Part shown: one piece after another, positions 10,179 to 19,247 of the stretch | How the letters are laid out: every line of letters begins with the position of its first letter | How positions within the stretch are numbered: position 1 is the stretch's first letter | DNA from: an uncultured bacterium | Lineage (GTDB): Bacteria > Verrucomicrobiota > Kiritimatiellia > CAIKKV01 > CAITUY01 | Length of the DNA: 64,000 nt | NCBI GenBank assembly: GCA_903908715.1 | Contig: CAIVSY010000041.1 | Span: 11,314 to 75,313, forward strand | Reading direction: 5' to 3' | Notes under the pieces: generated by a model | What the model was told of the DNA's origin: nothing | Database searches by the model: none | Seen by the model: only the letters and a program-made list of their open reading frames with translations | Made by a program: the position numbers and the translations under genes

Positions 10179-10240
10179 ATCAACAGGCAGGGTACACGGG
10201 AAAACCCTTGCAACGCAAGCCACGGCCGCTGCGAAAAGCC

Positions 10241-10293
10241 ATCGGGCTCGCGGCGGCCAACTACCACGGAGAATGAGCCGCCGCGAGCCCGAT
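10241..10293 (-). terminator. 17-bp perfect inverted repeat; probable terminator or REP-like hairpin
   Basis: ATCGGGCTCGCGGCGGC (10241-57) pairs with GCCGCCGCGAGCCCGAT (10277-93), downstream of the Spy-like gene. Confidence 0.5.
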
Positions 10294-10376
10294 GTTCACT
10301 TCGGATAAAGGCTTTCGCACGCAACCGGTTGGCGTCCCCGCACGCTATCCGCACGGGGAGGCCATCGGTCTGCGCG

Positions 10377-11024
10377 TTACTTCGCAGGCGGGGGTTCTTC
10401 CGCAGGTGGTGTGGGTTGTTCCGCAGGCGCGGGTTGTTCCGCGGGCGGCGGCGGCATAGCCGGCCCGCCTTCCGGTTTCTTTTCCTTGCGCTGAGCCTGC
10501 CGCGCTTGCCGGACGTTCTCCATCTGTTCACGCGCCTTCTCGCGGCGCTCCTTCAGCAAGGCATGCATTTGGGTGCGCTGTTCGGGAGTCAGCACCTTGA
10601 GCGCCGACAGGATGTTGCCTGTCCAGAGCTTGGCGGTGGCCACACGGATCTCCCCGATGGTCTCGATCCCCTTCATCACCGCCGCCTCATCCGGCATTTC
10701 CTGGGACATCAACTCCGCCTGCTTGACCGCCGCTTCCCTCATCTTCTCGCGGAGATCGGCGGCTTGCTTGGCTTGCCCATGGAAGATGGACTTCAGGGAT
10801 GCGACCTGCTCCGGGCTGAGCTTCAATTCCTTCACCATCAGCGACTCCGGCGCCAGTGCGCGGGCCAGCGTGGGGTCGCCCATGTCCCCGCCGTCCATCA
10901 TCATGCCCCTTCTTGCGTCCCGCTGCCCCATCTGCGGCCTCGCCGGTGCCGCTTCCTCGGCCCATAGAACCGCCCCTGCCATCAGGCACCCCGCCAAACC
11001 CAGTATCGTCATCTTCCTGTTCAT
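10377..11024 (-). CDS. Spy/CpxP-family periplasmic chaperone
   Basis: Signal peptide; LKLSPEQ and LTPEQR (LTxxQ) motifs; Pro-rich tail; AAGGAGG RBS. Confidence 0.75.
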   Translation of the reverse strand: MNRKMTILGLAGCLMAGAVLWAEEAAPARPQMGQRDARRGMMMDGGDMGDPTLARALAPESLMVKELKLSPEQVASLKSIFHGQAKQAADLREKMREAAVKQAELMSQEMPDEAAVMKGIETIGEIRVATAKLWTGNILSALKVLTPEQRTQMHALLKERREKAREQMENVRQARQAQRKEKKPEGGPAMPPPPAEQPAPAEQPTPPAEEPPPAK

Positions 11025-11100
11025 CTTCTCTTCCTCCTTTATTGGATGGTTGTGTCTACTCCCCACATAACGGATGAGCCGGTCCATTTATTGTACGACT

Positions 11101-12234
11101 TCAGCGAATCACCAGGAACTTCGGGCATTTACAGAGAACCTCGCAACCGTTGCGCGTCACCACGACGGTATCCTCGATACGAACCCCGCCGATGTCCTTA
11201 TAATACAGGCCGGGCTCCACCGTGACCACATTACCCGCGCGAAGGGGCCCCGCCGCACGGGAGACTCCAGGCGCCTCGTGAATTTCCAACCCTACTCCAT
11301 GACCGGTCGAATGAATGTATCCTTCCGGAATGCCGTCGTCGCCCAGGCGGTCCTCGAAGCCGAGTCGCGCAAAGACCGAGCAGACGCCGTCGTGCACAGT
11401 TGAACCGCGGACCCCTGCACGCACAGCAGCCAGCGCCGTCTCCTGGGCACGGCGCACGGCGCGGTGCATCCGAACCAGGGCGGGACCGGCGTACCCCTTC
11501 GCAATGGTGCGTGTGAGGTCCCCCCAGTAACCGCTCCCGATATGCCGCGGAAATATATCCAGGACAATCGGCTGCCCCGCCAGCAGCGGCCCTTCTCCGA
11601 TCCAATGCGGCTGGCTGGATCGCGGCCCGCAGGCCACAATCGGTTCACCGCCCGCACAATCCTGATCCATGAGGACGCGGTTGATCCGCCGCCGCAATCC
11701 CTCCGCCGTCAGCAGGGCCGCTCCTTCGCGCAATTGCCCGCGCGCATCGATCCGCGCGCCCTCGATCACCGCGAAGGCGTGGCGCATCGCCTGCACGGCC
11801 GCACGCTGCACGACGCGGATCTTCTCCACTTGCGCAGGCGTCTTGACCATACGATCCGGACACGGCGGCGCCTTCGCCACAATCACCCGGATTCCCTTCT
11901 TCTCCAACTGCCGCGCAATGCCCACAGGGAAAACAGAAGGCACCATTACGGACCGCAGGCCCTCGCGTTTTGTCAACGCCAGCGCCCATGCGGACATCTT
12001 CCAGCGATCCTTGCGCGACAATCCCAGATCTTCCGGAGCCAGGCTTTCCATGCGCGGATTCTCTTCCCGCGCACGGCCGATTTCCATGCGTGAAACCACC
12101 ATGCTGGTGCGCTTTCCGTGCTTCAAACACACCACAGGATCCGACGATTTGAACTCCGTGACATGCAGAATATCCGCATAAACATTGGGTGTTCCAACCA
12201 TCAGGATCGCGCTTGTTAATTTCTCCCGCTTCAC
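11101..12234 (-). CDS. Xaa-Pro aminopeptidase (M24 family)
   Basis: LDI, GDLTRT, HSTGHGVGLEIHE, TVEPGLY, GVRIED metal-binding motifs. Confidence 0.9.
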   Translation of the reverse strand: MKREKLTSAILMVGTPNVYADILHVTEFKSSDPVVCLKHGKRTSMVVSRMEIGRAREENPRMESLAPEDLGLSRKDRWKMSAWALALTKREGLRSVMVPSVFPVGIARQLEKKGIRVIVAKAPPCPDRMVKTPAQVEKIRVVQRAAVQAMRHAFAVIEGARIDARGQLREGAALLTAEGLRRRINRVLMDQDCAGGEPIVACGPRSSQPHWIGEGPLLAGQPIVLDIFPRHIGSGYWGDLTRTIAKGYAGPALVRMHRAVRRAQETALAAVRAGVRGSTVHDGVCSVFARLGFEDRLGDDGIPEGYIHSTGHGVGLEIHEAPGVSRAAGPLRAGNVVTVEPGLYYKDIGGVRIEDTVVVTRNGCEVLCKCPKFLVIR

Positions 12235-12345
12235 ATGCCCCTCGTTGCTAAAGAGTTACACTGCCATAACCGCCGTGTGTCTTTCCGGTTGCCGCCACAT
12301 AGGTTCCAAATGACACCAGGGCGGCCTCCGAAAAATCAACTGAAC

Positions 12346-12392
12346 ATACCACATATTGTGGTTTTCCACATACAAAACACTACGGCTCGTAT
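12346..12392. promoter_or_regulatory. Putative tandem NrdR boxes upstream of dnaA
   Basis: ATACCACATATTGTGG (12346-61) fits acaCwAtATaTwGtgt; weaker ACACTACGGCTCGTAT starts 31 bp later. Confidence 0.5.
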
Positions 12393-12514
12393 GTTAAAAA
12401 AAAAGCCAAAAAGACTCGGTTTTTACCTTGTCAGTATGGGGTTCGTGGCCTATTGTCCTGCCCTGTCGGGCGCGAGAATAGAAGATAGGTGGCATGTTAA
12501 TAACCTGTTGATAA
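12362..12514. promoter_or_regulatory. DnaA boxes in the dnaA promoter region
   Basis: TTTTCCACA (12362-70), TGTTAATAA (12495-503), TGTTGATAA (12506-14). Confidence 0.6.
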
Positions 12515-12649
12515 CTCGCAATAACTCGGATCGCGGCCGGCGGGATTTGAACGGGACGAAAAAACGCCCTGAAAAAGCAGGGTGCGGGAATTTACCGATG
12601 CTCAACGTTGCGCGCGAGGATTTTTCGCGCTCTTTTTTTGGAGGCAGTT

Positions 12650-14011
12650 GTGATCGCAAATGATGCCATGACAGTTTGGAGGCCGGCGTGCGAGCACTTG
12701 AAAAAGCTGCTCCATCCCGATGTCTACCTGCGCTGGATCGAGGTGATCGAGCCGAAGCGGCTGGAAAACGACACTCTTACGCTGGCGGTGGATAACAACT
12801 TCTACCAGACGTGGCTGGAGGAGAATTACCTGCCCCTGATCCAGACGGCCGTTGCAACCGTCTGCGGAGAAAACCTGAAGATCGTCTTCGCCGTCGGACG
12901 CAAGAGTGTTGGCTCCCCGGTTGCGGAAAAATCTGCGCCGGCGCACGTGGAGAAGCCCGTCAAGGCCGCGCCGCGCCGCACACCTTCGGATGTGATCCTG
13001 AATCCGAAGTGTACGTTCGACGAATTCATTGTCGGCGCATCGAACAACATGGCGCATGCCGCGTCTCTTGCGGTGGCGCAGTCTCCGGGCCGCGCTTATA
13101 ACCCGTTGTTCATCTACGGCGGCACCGGGCTGGGCAAGACGCACCTGATGCAGGCGATCGGACACCATGTGCTGCGCAACTCGAACGCGCGCATCTGCTA
13201 TGTCACCTCGGAAACCTTCATCAACGAGTTCATCGAAAGCATCCAGCACAATTCGTTCGTGCAGTTTCGCCGTAAGTACCGGAGCGTGGACCTGCTGTTG
13301 ATTGACGATATCCATTTCCTGACCGGCAAGGAGCGCATGCAGGAGGAGTTCTTCCATACCTTCAATGCGCTGTACGATGCCCATAAGCAGATCGTCATGA
13401 CCAGTGACCGGCCTGCCAGCGAGATCCAGGGCCTGGAGCAGCGGCTGGTTTCCCGCTTCGAGTGGGGCCTGGTCACGGAACTCCAGCAGCCGGATCTGGA
13501 GACCCGCATCGCCATCCTGCGCAACAAGCAGAAGCAGGGCGGCCTCACCCTTTCGGACGAGATCCTTTTCTTCCTGGCGAAGTCCATCCGGTCCAACATC
13601 CGACGGCTGGAAGGAGCCCTGATCCGCCTGACCTCGTATACCTCCCTGGTGAACCGGCCGGTCACACTGGCCGACGCGGAGAATCTGCTGCGCGATACCC
13701 TCGACCAGGAGAAGCAGGAGGCGTTGACCTTCGAGCAGATTATCAAGACCACCGCGGATCATTACGACTTGCGGCTTGTGGATATGACCAGCAAGCGGCG
13801 TCCGGCGGCCATCACGATGCCCCGCCAGGTGGCCATGTATCTCTGCCGGAACCTGACTCCCGCATCCCTGCCGGAAATCGCCTGCGCGTTCGGCAAAACC
13901 CACGCCACGATTCTTCATGCCTGCCGGATCGTGGAGAAGAAAATGGAAACGGATTCCAACCTGCGGCAGGATGTTTCCCACCTGTTCAAGGTGCTGGAGA
14001 AGAAAAGTTGA
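12650..14011 (+). CDS. dnaA: Chromosomal replication initiator DnaA
   Basis: LNPKCTFDEF, YNPLFIYGGTGLGKTHL, LLLIDDIHF, RQVAMYL, HATILHA; GTG start after GAGG. Confidence 0.97.
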   Translation: MIANDAMTVWRPACEHLKKLLHPDVYLRWIEVIEPKRLENDTLTLAVDNNFYQTWLEENYLPLIQTAVATVCGENLKIVFAVGRKSVGSPVAEKSAPAHVEKPVKAAPRRTPSDVILNPKCTFDEFIVGASNNMAHAASLAVAQSPGRAYNPLFIYGGTGLGKTHLMQAIGHHVLRNSNARICYVTSETFINEFIESIQHNSFVQFRRKYRSVDLLLIDDIHFLTGKERMQEEFFHTFNALYDAHKQIVMTSDRPASEIQGLEQRLVSRFEWGLVTELQQPDLETRIAILRNKQKQGGLTLSDEILFFLAKSIRSNIRRLEGALIRLTSYTSLVNRPVTLADAENLLRDTLDQEKQEALTFEQIIKTTADHYDLRLVDMTSKRRPAAITMPRQVAMYLCRNLTPASLPEIACAFGKTHATILHACRIVEKKMETDSNLRQDVSHLFKVLEKKS

Positions 14012-14247
14012 CAACCGTGTGGATAACTTGCAGAAATGGTGTTCATATCGTTGGTTGTTGCAGTTATCATCCGTTGTTCACACAGCTTGAACAGGGGTCA
14101 TGAACAAGGGAAGTGCAGGGGCAGGATCAACCATACCAACGGGTTGCGAGGTTGTTGTTGTTGTTGACAGCATATAAGAAGAGGATGAAGAGAATAAGAT
14201 AGTAAAGAAATACTATTCTTACTCTGTGAAAAGAAGGTGGGGATCGA
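14012..14247. other. Replication origin oriC (dnaA-dnaN intergenic region)
   Basis: Perfect TGTGGATAA (14018-26), TTGTTCACA (14074-82), repeated TGTTCA/TGAACA, AT-rich tail; top strand looks C-rich left of here and G-rich to the right. Confidence 0.8.
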
Positions 14248-15342
14248 ATGAAAATCGTCATTGGCAAGGACGCGGTTTTATCTGGATTGCAGATGGTTCA
14301 TGGTGTGGTGAATGTCCGTCCCACGCTTCCCGTACTTTCGAATGTTCTTCTGCAGGCGGAAGCGGACAAGTTATGGATGACCACCACGGATTTGGAAGTC
14401 AGCGTACGCTGTCTCGTGGATGCCAAGGTTGGCAAGGCCGGCGGAACCACCCTTCCCGCACGCCGCCTGCTGGGCATTGTGCGCGAACTGCCGGTGGAGA
14501 ACATCGATATTGACGTGGACGACAAGAATAATGCCGTCATCTCCTGCGGATCCGCCTATTTCAAGATCCTGGGTTTGCCCCAGGATGATTTTCCCGCGAT
14601 TGCCGGTTACCAGGGAGGTTCAACCTTCACACTGGAACAGAGAGTGCTCAAGGATATGCTGCAGAAGACCTTCTATGCGGCATCCACCGATGAAACGCGG
14701 TTTATCCTGAACGGCACCCTCTTGAGTTTCAAGGGGAACAAGCTGACCGTGGTGGCAACGGATGGGCGGCGGCTGGCATTGGCGGAGCAGGAACTGGAAT
14801 TCCCAAAGGAATCTGAAGTGGACGCCATCATCCCGACGAAGGCTGTGAATGAAATCCTGCGTATGCTCAAGGATGAGGGAACTGTCAAGGTCCACGTCAC
14901 GAAAAACCAGGCGGGTTTTGAAGTCGAGAATATGGTGCTTACAACCAAGCTGATTGAAGGCACCTATCCGAACTTCCGCCAGGTGATACCGGCCCAGTGC
15001 GAGCATCGCATTGCGGTTGAGCGGGAGAGCCTCCTTACGGCGCTGCGGCGTGTGGCGTTGCTGACCAGCGAGAAATCGAGTTCCGTCCGTTTGACATTCG
15101 GGAAGAGCAAGCTGAAGATCAGCGCTTCATCCCCGGATGTGGGCGAGGCGCATGAATCCGTGGCGATCAAGTACAACGGCAAGGAAATGACCGTGGCGTT
15201 CAATCCTGAATACATCATGGAGCCGCTCAAGAACCTGGCGAATGACGAGATTTATGTCGAGATGACGGATGAACTGAGCCCGGGCGTGATCAAGAGTGAT
15301 GTGCCGTTCATCTATGTGCTGATGCCGATGCGGATTTCGTGA
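14248..15342 (+). CDS. dnaN: DNA polymerase III beta sliding clamp
   Basis: TLPVLSNVLL, TDLE, VATDGRRLA, YPNFRQVIP, VLMPMR. Confidence 0.97.
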   Translation: MKIVIGKDAVLSGLQMVHGVVNVRPTLPVLSNVLLQAEADKLWMTTTDLEVSVRCLVDAKVGKAGGTTLPARRLLGIVRELPVENIDIDVDDKNNAVISCGSAYFKILGLPQDDFPAIAGYQGGSTFTLEQRVLKDMLQKTFYAASTDETRFILNGTLLSFKGNKLTVVATDGRRLALAEQELEFPKESEVDAIIPTKAVNEILRMLKDEGTVKVHVTKNQAGFEVENMVLTTKLIEGTYPNFRQVIPAQCEHRIAVERESLLTALRRVALLTSEKSSSVRLTFGKSKLKISASSPDVGEAHESVAIKYNGKEMTVAFNPEYIMEPLKNLANDEIYVEMTDELSPGVIKSDVPFIYVLMPMRIS

Positions 15343-15420
15343 AAGGGCTTGACGCCGGAACACCGGTTTTAGCATTCTTTCCCGCGCCCATTGCCGGGAT
15401 CCGGTGATAGGCGCCATTGT

Positions 15421-15494
15421 TGCCCGATGGTGTAATGGTAGCACAACAGACTCTGGATCTGTTTGTTCTGGTTCAAGTCCAGATCGGGCAACCA
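15421..15494 (+). tRNA. tRNA-Gln (anticodon CTG)
   Basis: TGCCCGA acceptor stem pairs with TCGGGCA; D arm GTGTAATGGTAGCAC; anticodon loop CTCTGGA; T loop TTCAAGT; encoded CCA. Confidence 0.95.
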
Positions 15495-15527
15495 CTTCCA
15501 ATTAAAACCCATTCTGGAAATCCTGCC

Positions 15528-16097
15528 ATGTGCAACAAGGCCGACGAGGAGCATAACCAGAAGGCCTTTGCGCCTTATCAGGTGGAAGGTCCCCTGCCTG
15601 AGATCCATGGCCGCATCCATATCGCCGACTTCGCCGGCGACCAGAGCGGCCGATTCCACTTCGGCGGCAACGTCATCATCAACTCCGGATTTGAGGCCAA
15701 TCCGGTGGGCGGCTTCCGGACGGTTCTGCTCTTCAAGGGACCGAACGCCCTGATCGAGATCGGCGACCGTACCGGCATTTCCAACGCCATGATCGCCGCC
15801 TACGAACGGGTCACCATCGGGGCGGACGTCAACCTGGGCGCCGGGTGCAAGATCATGGACACCGACTTCCACTCCCTTGACCTGCAGGAGCGGATCGACA
15901 ATGTGAACATCCCGCACCGCCCGGTCACCATTGAGGACGGGGCCTTCATCGGCACCGAGGCGATCATCTGCAAGGGGGTCACCATCGGCCGTGAATCGGT
16001 GATCGGGGCGGGTGCCGTGGTCGTAAGGAACGTACCGCCCGGCGAGATCTGGGGCGGCAATCCCGCCAGATTCATCCGTAAACTGAAGAAAGATTAA
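15528..16097 (+). CDS. Hexapeptide-repeat (LbetaH) O-acyltransferase
   Basis: IMDTDFH, VTIEDGAFIG, GVTIGRESVIGAGAVV, WGGNPARFIR. Confidence 0.85.
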   Translation: MCNKADEEHNQKAFAPYQVEGPLPEIHGRIHIADFAGDQSGRFHFGGNVIINSGFEANPVGGFRTVLLFKGPNALIEIGDRTGISNAMIAAYERVTIGADVNLGAGCKIMDTDFHSLDLQERIDNVNIPHRPVTIEDGAFIGTEAIICKGVTIGRESVIGAGAVVVRNVPPGEIWGGNPARFIRKLKKD

Positions 16098-16240
16098 CGC
16101 GGTCCCCCATGCTTGCTTCATCGAGGTCGCCCGAGTGCATCCGGTACGACGGATGGGGGAACGGCTGACGCAAGGACAGACCCGCAGGTTGACCCAGGAC
16201 GGCGCTCCACCCTGAGACTCGGGGGCTGAGTTTGCCTCAG

Positions 16241-16283
16241 GACTCCGGATCTGTTTGTTCTGGTTCAAGTCCAGATCGGGCAA
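16241..16283 (+). repeat. Direct repeat of the tRNA-Gln 3' half (att-like)
   Basis: 16247-16283 is identical to 15455-15491 (37 bp); 43 bp match with one mismatch. Confidence 0.9.
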
Positions 16284-17131
16284 TCAGCCTTGCAAGCTCG
16301 CAGGTACCGGATGGCCTTGGCGATATCCCCGCGCGGATCCTCGCCAACCTCGCGCTCGATGGTCAGGCTGCCCCGGAATCCGGTCTCGCGCAGGGCGGTG
16401 AGATAGGCCGGGAACGGCACGTTCCCCTCGCCCAGCGGAGTCTCCCGGATGTACTCCCAGGGTTTGAGGGTCCCCTCTCCCGCAAAAGCGCCATACAGCA
16501 ACTCGGCGTCGACAGGCTGAAGATTGATCCCATCCTTGGCATGGGTGTGGACAATGTACCGCGCAAGAAGGCGAACAGCTTCAGGAATGTTTTCCCGGCA
16601 AACCATGACCAGGTTGGCGGGATCGAAGTTGACCCCGATCCCGCCCTCGAGTTCCAGACGATCCAGAAAATCGCGCAATACACGGGCGGGTTCCGGTCCG
16701 GTTTCGATCGCGAACACCCCGCCCAGGGAATGGGCCGCTTCCCCGAGTTCGGCGCAGGCCCGGGCCAGTACCGCATAACGGGGATGATCGGGGGAAGAAG
16801 GAATAACTCCAATATGTGTGGTAACCACGTCGCAGTCCAGTTCCCGCGCCAGTTGCAAGACCCGCTTGGAATCCTCAATCCTTTGCCGGTTTCCGGCTTC
16901 GGACTGGAAGCCGTGCCCCCCGAAATCGCCGCATACGGCCGCTACCCGCAGCCCATGGTCATTCAACTGGGCCCGGAACTCCTTCAATGCGCGTCCTCGG
17001 AGACGCGAGAAATGGGTTTCGCCGGTTGTGGCATAAAACTGGATACCGTCGGCCCCCAGTTCCGCCGCCGCTTCCACGCCGCCGCGCAATCCCGCCCGGA
17101 ACGATTCGACCATTACGCCAATGCGAAACAT
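16265..17131 (-). CDS. Sugar phosphate isomerase/epimerase (xylose isomerase-like TIM barrel)
   Basis: AIETGPE, NFDPAN, HTHAKD, LGEG, TIERE motifs. Confidence 0.9.
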   Translation of the reverse strand: MFRIGVMVESFRAGLRGGVEAAAELGADGIQFYATTGETHFSRLRGRALKEFRAQLNDHGLRVAAVCGDFGGHGFQSEAGNRQRIEDSKRVLQLARELDCDVVTTHIGVIPSSPDHPRYAVLARACAELGEAAHSLGGVFAIETGPEPARVLRDFLDRLELEGGIGVNFDPANLVMVCRENIPEAVRLLARYIVHTHAKDGINLQPVDAELLYGAFAGEGTLKPWEYIRETPLGEGNVPFPAYLTALRETGFRGSLTIEREVGEDPRGDIAKAIRYLRACKADCPIWT

Positions 17132-18183
17132 GCTTTTTCTCTCCTGCTGTCCGGAATCTGCCGGCTGGCTTTTTCTTGAATCTCCCGCGAGAGGTTCGAA
17201 ATGAGGCCGATGCCCGCCCGGATTGCGGCTGATGTCAGCAAGGGCTCGACCACGGGCTGGTTGATGGCGGGCTCAAGGCAATACCCAACAAAGTCCGCCA
17301 ACTCATCCTTTACCTGGTTGTTGTCCGGCTTGATCCATCCGGGGACGCGGCAATCCAGTTCCTGCCCTCCCAGCCTGAGCCGCTTGGCCATGAAATCCCC
17401 CACGAGGTTCTCTCCGCTGCCGGTCCGCAGGACGCACTGCCGCGCCCTGGAGTTTTCCTCGACCAGCCAGGAAAGGTGCAATTCCCCGCATACTCCGCTG
17501 GAATGCTGTACACGGATGGCGACCTCGCGCGTATGGGATTGGACCTGGCGGAAATCCAGGACCTCCGCCTGCGCCACCGGCCCGAATAGAAACATGGCAA
17601 GATCCAGATCATGAACGGCCTTGTCGGTGACAATATCATCCGGGATGCGCGGGTCATGCGGCTGGCAGCGCAGGAAATGATATCCGGTAACGACCGTCCG
17701 GTTGTCGGACAACAGGTCCTTGATGCGGATGGCTACCGGATTATAGCGCTCCACATGCCCCGCCATGATTCGGACACCGGCCCGCCCGGCGCGGGCCGCC
17801 AGATCGTCCCACTCGTCCACGGTTCGCGTGACGGGCTTTTCCACAAAGGCATGGATACCCGATTCCAGGGCATCCGCGGCCATGGTGTGATGTTGCGCGG
17901 AAGGCGTGGCAATGACGACCATATCCGGGCGCACAGTTTTCAGCATGGACGGGTAATGGGTGAAGAAGGGGATGTCCGGAAAGCTCTCCGCTCGCCGGGC
18001 ATCCACATCGCACAGGCCGCAGAGGCGGATCTTGCCGACCTGTTCCCGGAGACCGGCCTTGTAATACTCTTCTGCCCGGCCTTCGGACAGTTGCAGGAGA
18101 GCCCGCACATGGTATGTGCCCATCTTGCCGGCTCCGGCTACCGCAACCCGGATTTCAGGGGCATCACGCCGGATCAGAGCCAT
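17113..18183 (-). CDS. Gfo/Idh/MocA NAD-dependent oxidoreductase
   Basis: VAGAGKMG, FVEKP, GHVERYNP, VHDLD. Confidence 0.85.
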   Translation of the reverse strand: MALIRRDAPEIRVAVAGAGKMGTYHVRALLQLSEGRAEEYYKAGLREQVGKIRLCGLCDVDARRAESFPDIPFFTHYPSMLKTVRPDMVVIATPSAQHHTMAADALESGIHAFVEKPVTRTVDEWDDLAARAGRAGVRIMAGHVERYNPVAIRIKDLLSDNRTVVTGYHFLRCQPHDPRIPDDIVTDKAVHDLDLAMFLFGPVAQAEVLDFRQVQSHTREVAIRVQHSSGVCGELHLSWLVEENSRARQCVLRTGSGENLVGDFMAKRLRLGGQELDCRVPGWIKPDNNQVKDELADFVGYCLEPAINQPVVEPLLTSAAIRAGIGLISNLSREIQEKASRQIPDSRREKACFALA

Positions 18184-18203
18184 CGGTTCAGCCTTTCCTG
18201 CGG

Positions 18204-19211
18204 TTACACCTTGACGGGTTGCCCCGTCCGCAGGCTTTTCACTTCCGCTTCCACGATCTTGACGGATAGCGCGGCGCTGGCCGGTTCCACGGCCCGCGGG
18301 CGCCTGCCCTTGCGGATGCAGTCCACGAAATAACGGATCTCGTGCTCGTAGCCGATACCCGCCTTGACGGCGACCGGCTTGACCTTGCCGTTCTGCACCA
18401 CGGTGAGCTGGTTGGCCGCGCCCAGATCGAAAATGGCGGTGGCCTTCTCGAAGTTCACCGTGTATTGCATCTGGAAACCAAATCCCTGCGCCATGGCCCA
18501 GCCGCCTTCGGCGACGACCAGCGGGATTTTCCTGTAGAGGTAATGCGTGGTGACGTGATCGATGCGGTTGGTGTGGCGGGCGTACCCGCGGCTGAAGACG
18601 GAGTCCGGTTTTCCGAAGCAATACTGCACAAAATCGGTATCGTGGATGTGCAGGTCCAGAATGGCTCCCCCGCAGGCATTGCCGTTGCTGTAGAAGGGCC
18701 CGCCCGGATGCTGGGTCACCCGGCGGAAGTGGGCTGCAAGCACCTTGCCGTAGGTGCCGGCCTCGATGACTTCCTTCAGCCATCCCCAGGCCGGCCAGAA
18801 GCGCATGCACATTGCACACATCAGCATCGGTTTGGCGGAAGCCGCCGTTTTGGCGAGCTGGTCCGCCTCCCGCCCGGTCAGTGCAAATGGCTTCTCGGTA
18901 AGGACATGTTTGCCGGCCTTAAGGGCGGCGGTGGCGTACCTGCCATGCAAAGGCGTCGGCAGGCAGATATCCACAATGTCCACTTCGCGGTCGCCGATCA
19001 GTTTCATGCCCTCGTCGTACTTCTTGAAGGACGAGAAATCGATCCCGCCCTGTGACTGGCCCTTGACGTTTCCGGCCACCACGCTGCGGCCTTCCCTCCG
19101 GTCCCGGATGAGATCCGCCACGGCGACAACCTTTACTCCGCGAATCTTCCCGTACGCATCCAGATGGGTCGAACCCATCATTCCGATCCCGATAATCCCG
19201 ACTTTCAGCAT
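18204..19211 (-). CDS. Gfo/Idh/MocA NAD-dependent oxidoreductase
   Basis: GIIGIGMMG, CLPT, TEKP, GGAILDLHIHD. Confidence 0.9.
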   Translation of the reverse strand: MLKVGIIGIGMMGSTHLDAYGKIRGVKVVAVADLIRDRREGRSVVAGNVKGQSQGGIDFSSFKKYDEGMKLIGDREVDIVDICLPTPLHGRYATAALKAGKHVLTEKPFALTGREADQLAKTAASAKPMLMCAMCMRFWPAWGWLKEVIEAGTYGKVLAAHFRRVTQHPGGPFYSNGNACGGAILDLHIHDTDFVQYCFGKPDSVFSRGYARHTNRIDHVTTHYLYRKIPLVVAEGGWAMAQGFGFQMQYTVNFEKATAIFDLGAANQLTVVQNGKVKPVAVKAGIGYEHEIRYFVDCIRKGRRPRAVEPASAALSVKIVEAEVKSLRTGQPVKV

Positions 19212-19247
19212 GGCAGGCTTCCTTTCGTTGCAGGCAATGCCTGCAGG

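Noticed and set aside
12602-14014. 470-aa minus-strand ORF opposite dnaA, and similar long antisense ORFs (20205-22082, 27301-28686, 54509-56722, 59666-61384, 61424-63226)
   Set aside because: These are shadow frames of well-supported genes in high-GC DNA, with no recognisable motifs.
16098-16241. Structured non-coding stretch (TCCCCCAT/ATGGGGGA and CCTGAG/CTCAGG stems) as an ncRNA
   Set aside because: I could not match it to SRP, 6S, tmRNA or riboswitch motifs by eye; an Rfam scan is needed.
16241-16286. Second functional tRNA-Gln or intron-split tRNA
   Set aside because: The 5' acceptor strand and D arm are missing, the anticodon is altered (CCG) and the end reads TCA rather than CCA. The upstream copy is already complete.
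18184-18819. 568-aa version of the Gfo/Idh/MocA ORF as a fusion
   Set aside because: The extension overlaps the upstream gene in another frame; the Rossmann motif begins after ATG 18183.
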